A DNA stretch of 64,000 nucleotides from a virus (IMGVR_UViG_3300011701_000001:33815-97814); one strand, 5' to 3'. Positions 10,371 to 18,853 are shown, numbered from the stretch's first letter. Made by a program: numbers and translations. Notes: generated by a model not told the origin, from the sequence alone.

Positions 10371-11888
10371 TTATCCTATAAGGGCTAAGTTAAGTTTTTT
10401 ATACTCTTTAGTTGTTGCTAAGACGTTGAAAGAATCAGATGTTCCGTCACACTGATCGTCATGATAGCGTCTACTTACACCATCAAATCTTTCTAACTCT
10501 GTAAAGTAGTCATCGTTCCAATCACCTTTAACAACTGAAACAATACCGTTTTCACAAGCTGCTGAGAAAGGTAGGAAGCGTACAAGTTTTCCACTCTTAG
10601 TGTTAGGTTTCATAAACTTGACAGGTAGACCAGCATTCGCAAACTCTTTAGCTCGTTGATGCTTGATACTTTTACCAGCTTCACCGGGATCGGTTGGAAG
10701 GTATGTCATTACACTACCAAACTGTTTGTTATCTTGCTTTGAGATTTTTATAATCTCATCAACAACTTCACCTTCACGTTTTCTAAATCTGACAACATCT
10801 TCGACAATAAATCTTCCATCTTTTGTCTTAGCTATTAACACCCCTGCTGTGTAATCGGGGTCTGGATAAGCTTCTGATGGTATAGAACATGCCATATCCC
10901 AACAACGAACTCGTCTAACTACTTTTGATAGGTAAGACATATCTTCGGGAATATGCGGATTTAACTGTGTAACCCAAGATTTCTTAAAGTAACCACTCTC
11001 TTCTTCAGAAGCATACCAGTTACCTTTTAATAATCGTTCCATCGTAACACGAGGTTGTGATGCTAATTGAGCAACATAGTCTGGATTCTTCTTAATCGCT
11101 TCTGGGTTATCGAAACAATTAGCTCCAATAAATACAAAAGATTTAGGCTTACAGAGGTTTTCACCAGTGATAGGATTTGTTCCGAACTTCGTGTGATATT
11201 TATCATACAGTTCTTCGAATGAATTACCCCATTTAAGGTCATTACCTACACGTAAGTAGTATCGAACAACACCGTTCACATCTTCGTTAGGTCTACCTTC
11301 TACAAGCTCATCATCAATGTATGTTCCTTCTGGATGGATGTAGAAATCATTAATCCACTTAAGAATATACGAAGACGGGTCAGGGTTACATGTTAACCAA
11401 ATACAAGGTTTCATTTTTGCATTAGTACGAAGACGAGAAACAATCCACCAAATATCTTCTTCGATAAAGTGTGTTGCTTCGTCACACATTGCTGCTGAAA
11501 TCTCAATACCTTGAATAGCATCTCGACCAGCTTTATCATCCATACCTAAGAATGAAACAGATGCTCCACTAGGGAATCGAATCACCATAGGTTGTTGTGT
11601 GTATGTTGTACCTTTTCTGAATGCTTGGAAAATCTTAACAGCAGTCCAGAATGCACCACCTTCTTTCTTCAAGTCAGTTGCATGTAAACGAAACACATAA
11701 CCTACAAAGTCTGGATCATCACACCATTTTAAGAATTTTAATAGTCCAGTGTAACTCTTCCCACTCATCGCTGCTCCACCATATACAGTGAAGAAAGCAT
11801 CAGTATTTAAGAAGAGTGCTTGCTTATAACTTGTAGCACCAAATTTGGGTTTCTCAACAACCTGTTTTCTTTGTTGTGTTCTTGCCAA
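10371..11888 (-). CDS. terL: terminase large subunit
   Basis: Walker A GGAAMSGKS, Walker B MCDEA, LTCNP, nuclease WDMA and HDDQCD; TTG start. Confidence 0.95.
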   Translation of the reverse strand: MARTQQRKQVVEKPKFGATSYKQALFLNTDAFFTVYGGAAMSGKSYTGLLKFLKWCDDPDFVGYVFRLHATDLKKEGGAFWTAVKIFQAFRKGTTYTQQPMVIRFPSGASVSFLGMDDKAGRDAIQGIEISAAMCDEATHFIEEDIWWIVSRLRTNAKMKPCIWLTCNPDPSSYILKWINDFYIHPEGTYIDDELVEGRPNEDVNGVVRYYLRVGNDLKWGNSFEELYDKYHTKFGTNPITGENLCKPKSFVFIGANCFDNPEAIKKNPDYVAQLASQPRVTMERLLKGNWYASEEESGYFKKSWVTQLNPHIPEDMSYLSKVVRRVRCWDMACSIPSEAYPDPDYTAGVLIAKTKDGRFIVEDVVRFRKREGEVVDEIIKISKQDNKQFGSVMTYLPTDPGEAGKSIKHQRAKEFANAGLPVKFMKPNTKSGKLVRFLPFSAACENGIVSVVKGDWNDDYFTELERFDGVSRRYHDDQCDGTSDSFNVLATTKEYKKLNLALIG

Positions 11889-11902
11889 AATATTCCCCTA
11901 AA

Positions 11903-12298
11903 TTAATTTAAGGGTTTGTCGCCCTGTTCTAAAAAGTGATAACCCATATCTAATGTTGGAGTATCATCGTCTTCCAAATCAGTTAACTTTTTGTACCCTT
12001 CACCATGTTCAGCTTCAAGCTCTTGACGAATAAGTTGATTGTTTTTAAGTACAGCATTTTGTTTATGAATCTTTTGAAAGTCAGCTTTTTCTTCCTTGTC
12101 TAAGATTACAATATGTGTCTTAACAATATTCATACCCATAGCAGCTTTGTCTTTAATACTTACTTTAGGGTCATCCATAAACTGTTCCATAACAGCTAAT
12201 GCTTTAGCAACTAATGGGTTGGATTTAGCTTTAAGGGTTTTTAATGAGTAATCTTTAACAGGCTGCCCTGATTTAATCTTATCTAGTTCATCTGCCAT
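11903..12298 (-). CDS. putative terminase small subunit
   Basis: 131 aa helical protein immediately upstream of terL; positional inference only. Confidence 0.4.
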   Translation of the reverse strand: MADELDKIKSGQPVKDYSLKTLKAKSNPLVAKALAVMEQFMDDPKVSIKDKAAMGMNIVKTHIVILDKEEKADFQKIHKQNAVLKNNQLIRQELEAEHGEGYKKLTDLEDDDTPTLDMGYHFLEQGDKPLN

Positions 12299-12310
12299 TT
12301 TATTTATATC

Positions 12311-12658
12311 CTATTTAATAAATACTTTTGCTTCTTCTATATTATCAAAACAATCAATGTTGTTCTTAAACATAAAGTCTACGGAGTAGGATGGGAATTT
12401 ATACGGTATAGAACCAGTCTCTTTACTACTCTCAACAGGAATTACGACAAACTTTGTATTATCTTCTGTTAAGACAATTTGAAGGCTTAATCCAACAATA
12501 GATTCACTGGGGATTGCTGTTGTATAAACAATAGTGTACTTAGACATGTCACCACTAAAGAATAAATCTTTGAGTTTTTCTTTAGGTGTATTTCCCTCGT
12601 AAATTCCATTACCACACCCCTCATTGCTTTCATACCAGTCAGCAAATACATTACTCAT
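12311..12658 (-). CDS. hypothetical protein
   Basis: Start refined to MSNVF after AGGAG. Confidence 0.6.
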   Translation of the reverse strand: MSNVFADWYESNEGCGNGIYEGNTPKEKLKDLFFSGDMSKYTIVYTTAIPSESIVGLSLQIVLTEDNTKFVVIPVESSKETGSIPYKFPSYSVDFMFKNNIDCFDNIEEAKVFIK

Positions 12659-12761
12659 CCCAACAACTCCTAAGAAAGCAAAAGTTTTAATCCTAAAACA
12701 AACAAAAGGACACCAAAGGCATCCTAGTATTATTATCAATTTATTTAAAAATTTCTTTTAT

Positions 12762-13127
12762 TCAAAAGAATACGTGATTACCAATCTTAACCTTCAAGGT
12801 CTTTTGGAAACGTACTCCAAGACGTTGGTGGTTGAAGTAAAGACTTCCTTTTGTATAATTCGTTTTATTTGTATAAAAATTCTTTGCGACTTTAACGCTC
12901 TCATCCCAAGCTTCTTTTTCATACTTAGGAGGTTTCAAAGAATTAGAACCTTTATACCAAGAAAACTGACCTTTCTGTTTAACTACACCGCAATACGTAT
13001 TGGGGTAATTGTTATGCTTGCTTCTATTGTGAACAACTTCCATCACTCCATATTTACCCTTTGAGGGTTCTCCGCGAGCTTCCATGAACGCTGTCATTGC
13101 CAAACATAATATACTTTCACTAATCAA
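12762..13127 (-). CDS. cell wall hydrolase, SleB/Hydrolase_2 family
   Basis: CLA...F.EARGE, V..NR, CGVV.Q..QFSW, IGNHVF; TTG start refined from GAGGA SD. Confidence 0.9.
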   Translation of the reverse strand: MISESILCLAMTAFMEARGEPSKGKYGVMEVVHNRSKHNNYPNTYCGVVKQKGQFSWYKGSNSLKPPKYEKEAWDESVKVAKNFYTNKTNYTKGSLYFNHQRLGVRFQKTLKVKIGNHVFF

Positions 13128-13289
13128 AACACTTATCCTCTTTACGTAAACATGATAGTCTACAGGAAAGTGTTTAATTCGTAAACTATCAATAGAATGA
13201 CTGAAGTCTTCAAGACCTCCCCTGTCACCAATCGTATCCATTCTTTTAAATGTTTATCCTACATTTAGATTAAAAAATTGGTTTTTAAA

Positions 13290-13940
13290 TCATAAGGATT
13301 TAACATAATGACCATATAGCAGTCTATATGAATCTAAACGAGACAGGTTTGACAGGTTTTTAATATAGTCTGGATAACTATCTAAAATCTCTATATTGTC
13401 TTCACATGTACCGTGAATAACCTGAACACCATCATAAATACAACCATTCTTTTCTTTGTCGAACTCATAATAATCTTCGTGTTCTACTAAATAAGGTTTA
13501 ACAAGGTTAAAGATGAAACCTCTGTCCTTTGTAGAGTTTGTATTCATGATAAGTTGTTTATTACTTCTTTTGGAGAAAAATTCTAATGTGTAAGCTTCAT
13601 CAACTTGACTTGCATTATCTACGAATGTGTAATCAAACTTTCTACCAACAAGTTCTTCTGGTGTTAAAAAAGATAACGTGGCACCATTCTTCATAATAAG
13701 AAATAACTCTGGTTTATTCTCATAATGAATTTCTTTCGATAGAATTTCTTTAGAGGTGGTAAACACTCCACCATATGTTTTTAGGTCTGGTTTGTTTCTC
13801 ATGACTACAGCACAAGAATTACCTTCTAATAAATATTTTTTTAACTTGAGCAGTCCTGTATAAGAACCACCTTTTCCTGCACCACCTGTATAGATGACAA
13901 CAGAAGCTCCACTGTTTAAAAACAGTTGAATACTCTTCAT
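13290..13940 (-). CDS. terminase ATPase-domain paralog, degenerate active site, no nuclease domain
   Basis: Colinear with TerL N-domain (SYTGLLK identical, GA..SFL, DN......PDY...L......RLL.G); Walker A GGS, Walker B DN. Confidence 0.8.
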   Translation of the reverse strand: MKSIQLFLNSGASVVIYTGGAGKGGSYTGLLKLKKYLLEGNSCAVVMRNKPDLKTYGGVFTTSKEILSKEIHYENKPELFLIMKNGATLSFLTPEELVGRKFDYTFVDNASQVDEAYTLEFFSKRSNKQLIMNTNSTKDRGFIFNLVKPYLVEHEDYYEFDKEKNGCIYDGVQVIHGTCEDNIEILDSYPDYIKNLSNLSRLDSYRLLYGHYVKSL

Positions 13941-13976
13941 TTTAAATATCCTTAATAGGAAGTTAATATTTTGTTG

Positions 13977-14231
13977 TTAATATAACGTACTCTTAAACAC
14001 CAACATGTCCAAAACCTCTTTAGAGAAACCTACGTGTCTCTCAACCTCTATTCCTTGAGATTCTAAACAGATTGTTGGAACATTCTTGACTTTGTTGTTC
14101 TTCCCTTCTTCTGGGGATTCATCAACATCGACAATTAAATATTTCATGTAAGGGTAATACTTATCAAGATACTTAATTGTTTGAGCACAAGGAGAACACC
14201 AATGAGAAACATATATCTTCATTTCAAACAT
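13977..14231 (-). CDS. thioredoxin-like protein
   Basis: WCSPC active site, VDVD, VPT cis-Pro motif. Confidence 0.85.
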   Translation of the reverse strand: MFEMKIYVSHWCSPCAQTIKYLDKYYPYMKYLIVDVDESPEEGKNNKVKNVPTICLESQGIEVERHVGFSKEVLDMLVFKSTLY

Positions 14232-14254
14232 TGTATTGTCCTTGCATTTAGAAT

Positions 14255-14950
14255 AAAAACACAACACTCACAACACAGGAGAATCGTACACTGAGTTACC
14301 TTTATAATCATTATGTAAGGCTTATTTTATTCGATGTGTGTACTATGTGTGAGGTTGCTAGGAGTAATCGTAAATAAATTTACTCAAAGTAATCGTTGTC
14401 AGTCTTTCCTGACAGTCATCTTACCTATTGCAAATCCAATCACGTTATGGAAGGATAGGTTGTGTTACCTTTCGATAAGACATTTAAAAGCATTCTGTTC
14501 CGAAGAACAACACCTCCGTCAGTACGTGACAACCGATAGATGTTTTTCACACATTACCTAAATTACAACACGTTGCAACTAAGATTAGTAATGTATTTTT
14601 CAATCCGCATTTAAAGTGGCGGAACACTCACAATCCAAGCAGAGAATCAATTCTTGTGCAAGGTTGCTAATGACCTAAGATACCAAACTAACCGCGCTTG
14701 GGGTTAACCTTTATGTACTTCTACAAAAGCTCTTAGGTGCTACTGAGTCATGCCTAAACGGCTAAAATGTTGTCAGTTATTAAGGACTCTGACAAACCTG
14801 ATGGTAACTGCTACTTACCCTGTGTTATTCCACTCTTATCGTGATGCCACACAGTTCGGCTGACACAGGCTCAATTTATGTTTAAACTCAGCTTGAGCTA
14901 ATTAGCGGAGTACCCGATTCAGAACGTCAATTTGATAAGCCCTGAATCTT
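14255..14950 (-). ncRNA. candidate large structured non-coding RNA (~700 nt)
   Basis: No credible ORF; about 16 helices; C(UUCG)G and GAAA tetraloops and G-U pairs read on minus strand; downstream of consensus promoter. Confidence 0.7.
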
Positions 14951-14954
14951 GTTC

Positions 14955-15053
14955 TTAAAACAAGAAAATGTAGTAAGGGTAAATAGAGTAAAATAATACT
15001 GAGATAATTAAAAACCAGACAATTACTTTCTCCCAAGTTGTTAATGCTCTCAT
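14955..15053 (-). CDS. 32-aa single-TM peptide (not in ORF track)
   Basis: MRALTTWEKVIVWFLIISVLFYSIYPYYIFLF; weak SD (GAG). Confidence 0.5.
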   Translation of the reverse strand: MRALTTWEKVIVWFLIISVLFYSIYPYYIFLF

Positions 15054-15084
15054 GTTATCTCAATATAATTTAATATTTTATTAA

Positions 15085-15236
15085 ATAAGGAATCCCTGCT
15101 TACCAATTACGTGAAGGATTCCGAAACTTTGAATTAAATGCCACTTCACGTAGTAGCCACGTTATCCCATGTGGAAGTTAATCTCATGACAGGGAGTAAT
15201 TGTTTATCTATTGCGACAGTGTTTGTCGTCTTGATA
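15085..15236 (-). ncRNA. structured 5' leader/small RNA with alternative folds
   Basis: Begins at predicted TSS; several helices, competing terminator-like stem. Confidence 0.5.
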
Positions 15237-15242
15237 AAGTGA

Positions 15243-15271
15243 ATCATACAGAAGTTGAATGTCTATGTCAA
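15243..15271 (-). promoter_or_regulatory. sigma70-type promoter
   Basis: TTGACA-17-TATGAT. Confidence 0.85.
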
Positions 15272-15349
15272 TACCTTTACGTAAAAACAATAAAAGTATT
15301 TTTTCAATAGGTTTTAACAATAATATTTAATTATTTATTAAATATTATA

Positions 15350-15541
15350 CTATTCCAATAACCACCTTTCTTTTGTAATTAAATCAACACTAATCATATC
15401 TTTAACACATGATAGCACCAATAAATCTTCATCTTTATGTTGTACACCCATTAGAGAATCTTCTAAAACCATAAAGTTAAACTCTACAGTGTAATCAACT
15501 TCCAATTGCAACACCTTATCTAAGTTGTATTTATCAATCAA
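15350..15541 (-). CDS. hypothetical protein
   Basis: Coupled ORF in gene run. Confidence 0.55.
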   Translation of the reverse strand: MIDKYNLDKVLQLEVDYTVEFNFMVLEDSLMGVQHKDEDLLVLSCVKDMISVDLITKERWLLE

Positions 15542-16008
15542 AGCAATACTCCTGTAAATAAAAACTTAAGACGTTGCCAGAAAGTTAAAGTGTTAATCTT
15601 ATTAATTGTCTCTTGGGTTGTATTGAAACTGTCAGTTAGTGCTTCAACCTCAGCCAGCAAATCATTTTTATACTTAACAAGTGTCTCGTTTGTCTTTAAA
15701 GCTCCATTAAGACGCTCTTCTTGTAAACGACACAACTCTTTATAATCATTCAAAGCCTTTAACTCTAAACCAAACACTTCTCTAACATCTTCTGTCATAG
15801 CAATGTAATACTCTTGTTTGTCGCCTCTACGATAGAATACACGATGTTCTACGGGGATTTGTTGTACTGTAATAAATTCTTTTGTTGGGCTATCACCACC
15901 TAGATTATATACAGGAACAGAATCGCATCTTCGTTCATAGAAATCTATATGATCTTGAGCAACTACTCGCTTCTCTTTAACGACTGTGTACAACGTAACT
16001 TCTTTCAC
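15538..16008 (-). CDS. hypothetical coiled-coil protein
   Basis: 156 aa; C-terminal FWQRLKFLF motif common in phage proteins. Confidence 0.65.
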   Translation of the reverse strand: MKEVTLYTVVKEKRVVAQDHIDFYERRCDSVPVYNLGGDSPTKEFITVQQIPVEHRVFYRRGDKQEYYIAMTEDVREVFGLELKALNDYKELCRLQEERLNGALKTNETLVKYKNDLLAEVEALTDSFNTTQETINKINTLTFWQRLKFLFTGVLL

Positions 16009-16256
16009 TGACTGTCTCCTAAATTATCAACATACTCTTGCAACGTACCTTTAGTGTACTCATGAGTAATCAGTAAATTACCATCACTATTACCACAAAA
16101 CAACACACCATCTTTCCAGAAATAAGATTTAAAATTATCACCATCTTGCTCTACATGAAACAAGTAGTAATCACCTTTAACTAATTCTGATACATCCTTA
16201 GTCATAAATTCATCATCAATTATTTCATTGATATTTTCATCAAATAAAGCATTCAT
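16005..16256 (-). CDS. hypothetical protein
   Basis: SD AGGAG; coupled ORF. Confidence 0.6.
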   Translation of the reverse strand: MNALFDENINEIIDDEFMTKDVSELVKGDYYLFHVEQDGDNFKSYFWKDGVLFCGNSDGNLLITHEYTKGTLQEYVDNLGDSQ

Positions 16257-16428
16257 TCTACAACTCCTTCATTCAATAATAACACACATACCATCATACC
16301 AAGCCTCTTTTATCTCGTGTATATCGTTCGCATAATCACAATCATAAGTGTAAACTTCAACATCTCCATGTTTTACTTTATATTCCTCAAGAAGCTCTAC
16401 TAATTCACTAATCTTCATATCAGCACCC

Positions 16429-16617
16429 CTACTTAGTATATTCCATATATGTTTGCACTAAACAAAACACAAAGAATATAGCATACACAATACCAATAAT
16501 AATAGCTGATGTTAAATCTACACTAACAACATTGTTCTTTAGCAATATAAACAGAACAAATCCTGTTAAAAGTAGTAGCACATCAACAAACAAATAAAAA
16601 TATAAAAACATTAACAT
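16429..16617 (-). CDS. small two-TM membrane protein
   Basis: Two hydrophobic segments; SD AGGAG; own promoter. Confidence 0.6.
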   Translation of the reverse strand: MLMFLYFYLFVDVLLLLTGFVLFILLKNNVVSVDLTSAIIIGIVYAIFFVFCLVQTYMEYTK

Positions 16618-16640
16618 CTCCTTTAAATTAAGTTAAAGAA

Positions 16641-16670
16641 GTTATAGCACAACAATAAACAACAATGCAA
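16641..16670 (-). promoter_or_regulatory. sigma70-type promoter
   Basis: TTGCAT-18-TATAAC. Confidence 0.55.
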
Positions 16671-16683
16671 TACCTATTTAATT

Positions 16684-16790
16684 AATAATTTTATTATTTA
16701 CATTGCTGTTAATGAACACAAACGATAGTGAAGTGTGAATGTTATAGCAATCATTAGAGACTGCAACGCAGACGATAATGCAATCTAAAA
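16684..16790 (+). repeat. conserved hairpin element, copy A
   Basis: Aligns with 38127-38235 with compensatory stem changes. Confidence 0.65.
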
Positions 16791-17171
16791 GTATCCAATA
16801 CAGAATATACATTCTGTTAGCACCAAACAACAATTACTTTATCCGACAGGATAACATTGTGTTGAATATTCTAACTGTGTACGACTCTGTAGTTTCTATA
16901 GTGTAGAACACCCTTTAAGTATCCTTTTAGTTTTATGGATTTGTTTGATTACGACAACAATCCCTTTTTCCTTTAGTGTTATTGTTGGTGTTGTCTGCAC
17001 GATATTACTATCCGTAGGATGGTATTCTGTGCTTATTAACTAACAGTGTTATAGTAATATCATACTCAATAGTGTTATAAGGCTCTTAAAAATTTATTGA
17101 AGTAAGTATTTGATTATTATATTAATATTTTTAGTATAAACCAGAAAAAAGCAAACGTCTTGCTTTTAGTG

Positions 17172-17200
17172 TTGACACTTAATTTATAAAACACTACTAT
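17172..17200 (+). promoter_or_regulatory. sigma70-type promoter
   Basis: TTGACA-17-TACTAT. Confidence 0.7.
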
Positions 17201-17229
17201 TCCACTTTAATTAACTTTAGGAGTGTGGA

Positions 17230-18621
17230 GTGAATAGACCTAAGATAACTGTTTTAGATGCCATTATGGGTAACAGTAAAACACAAAGACTGAAAGAGAT
17301 TATGTTGAAATTAGAAAATCCTGTCCTGTATATAACACCTTTATTAACAGAATCTATGTCTGTTGTTGGTATTGTTTATGATGAAGATGGTAATCAGGTT
17401 AAATCTGATGATGGTGTTTACATGTATAATGAGAACAACCCATTGTGTGCTAAAAGATTTAAGATTCCTAATACAAAGAATAAGAATAACAGTAAATTAG
17501 ACAGTTTGGATTTTCTTGTTAGTAAAGGTTACAACATTAGTAGTACACATAAGTTATTCAGCATGTTAACACCAGATATTGCTGAGAAGTTTGTTGAGAA
17601 AAAGTATGTCTTGGTTGTTGATGAAAGTTTAAGTTGTTGGAATAACTTAGCTTTGTTTGATGCTTTCTCTGACGATATGAGAAGAATCTCTGAGGATGAA
17701 AAGTCTGATCAAAAGGGTGGTGCTACTTCAAGGACAGATAAAGAAGTTCTTGGTTTAATAGAAACAGGAAGTATTGTCGTTGACCCTGTTGGTTTGTTAC
17801 ACTGGGACTCTGAATCAGAGTATGTACCTAAGGAGGGGATGATTCATTATAACCTAAAGATTCTGTGTGACATGAAGCAGTTGTACTTATCTAATGGTAA
17901 GGTCGTTTTTTGGGAATTGACTGCTGACCTTATGAAATCTTTCTCTGAGATTTATATTGGTACTTACATGTTTGAGGCAAGCATAATGTCACATTATATG
18001 GATGTACATAACTTAGAGTATGAGGTTATTAAATTTGGACACAAACCTTCTTTCTACAAAACTTACATTGACATAGTACAAGGCAAGATGAATGATGTTG
18101 GTGAGGGTAAATTTGCACTGTCCTATAGTAAGTTGGAAGGTAAAACTAGAGTTAAAGAAAGTACAAAAGAAACACGAAACACTTTAAAGAAAAACTTAGA
18201 TAACTTCTTTAAGAATCGTTGTAAAACCAAAAAAGAGTTTAATCTTTGGACGACTTATATTGATGCTAAGAACTCCATAATGAACTCCCGATGTAATATT
18301 AATTTTGTACCTTACAATATTAAGGCTACCAACGATTATCGACACTGTACAAGTGTTGCATATTTGGTTAACAATTTTCCGAATACTTTCTTGGTTGCTA
18401 TGATCACTAAGAGAAATCAGAAGCGTAAGTTTGATCAAGACATGTGGGCTTTAAGTGAAATGTTACAAATGATTTTCAGAAGTGCAATACGTGGCGATAA
18501 GGAAAAAGGTGATGAAAGTAGGTATATTAAACTTTATATCCCTTCACAACGTATGAGAAATTTGCTAGAATCTTGGTTAAATGATGAATTTGAGGAGAAA
18601 ACTTTTGATAATAAGTGTTGA
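17230..18621 (+). CDS. SF2/DEAD-like helicase-fold protein, paralog 1
   Basis: DAIMGNSKT (Walker A-like), LVVDE (Walker B), TYMF, ATN.YR, Q.I.RS.IR. Confidence 0.7.
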   Translation: MNRPKITVLDAIMGNSKTQRLKEIMLKLENPVLYITPLLTESMSVVGIVYDEDGNQVKSDDGVYMYNENNPLCAKRFKIPNTKNKNNSKLDSLDFLVSKGYNISSTHKLFSMLTPDIAEKFVEKKYVLVVDESLSCWNNLALFDAFSDDMRRISEDEKSDQKGGATSRTDKEVLGLIETGSIVVDPVGLLHWDSESEYVPKEGMIHYNLKILCDMKQLYLSNGKVVFWELTADLMKSFSEIYIGTYMFEASIMSHYMDVHNLEYEVIKFGHKPSFYKTYIDIVQGKMNDVGEGKFALSYSKLEGKTRVKESTKETRNTLKKNLDNFFKNRCKTKKEFNLWTTYIDAKNSIMNSRCNINFVPYNIKATNDYRHCTSVAYLVNNFPNTFLVAMITKRNQKRKFDQDMWALSEMLQMIFRSAIRGDKEKGDESRYIKLYIPSQRMRNLLESWLNDEFEEKTFDNKC

Positions 18622-18853
18622 CAAAGAGATGTCTAAAATAAAAGAAAATCTTTGGAAGTTGCTGTACGATGATCTGTATATTGTTATAAATAGAACATAT
18701 GCAATCAGAGTTACCAAAGATGGAAAAGACATTTGGTTTGAGGTTCAGAATGAACCTTTAATGTCTGGTCGGTATTTATATGCAACAAATGACCTTAGAG
18801 AGTGTCTTTCGTGGTGCTGTGATAATTTGGATATAGATTTAAATTTTTATTAA
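18605..18853 (+). CDS. hypothetical protein
   Basis: TTG start after GAGGAG. Confidence 0.55.
   Translation: MIISVDKEMSKIKENLWKLLYDDLYIVINRTYAIRVTKDGKDIWFEVQNEPLMSGRYLYATNDLRECLSWCCDNLDIDLNFY

Noticed and set aside
12624-13064. 146-aa plus-strand ORF
   Set aside because: Antisense to the clear SleB-family hydrolase; no SD
14334-14561. 75-aa plus-strand ORF in the ORF track
   Set aside because: No SD, against local gene orientation, atypical composition; antisense to the structured RNA candidate
14255-14950. Group I/II intron, RNase P or tmRNA identity for the large RNA
   Set aside because: No interrupted gene, no recognisable P7 core or domain V, no tRNA-like ends or tag frame; CAGGAAAGAC only superficially resembles the RNase P GAGGAAAGUC
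15204-15237. SAM-I riboswitch (starts UUAUCAAGA, ends AGAUAA)
   Set aside because: Only about 34 nt between the two strands; lacks P2 kink-turn, P3 GCAACC and P4
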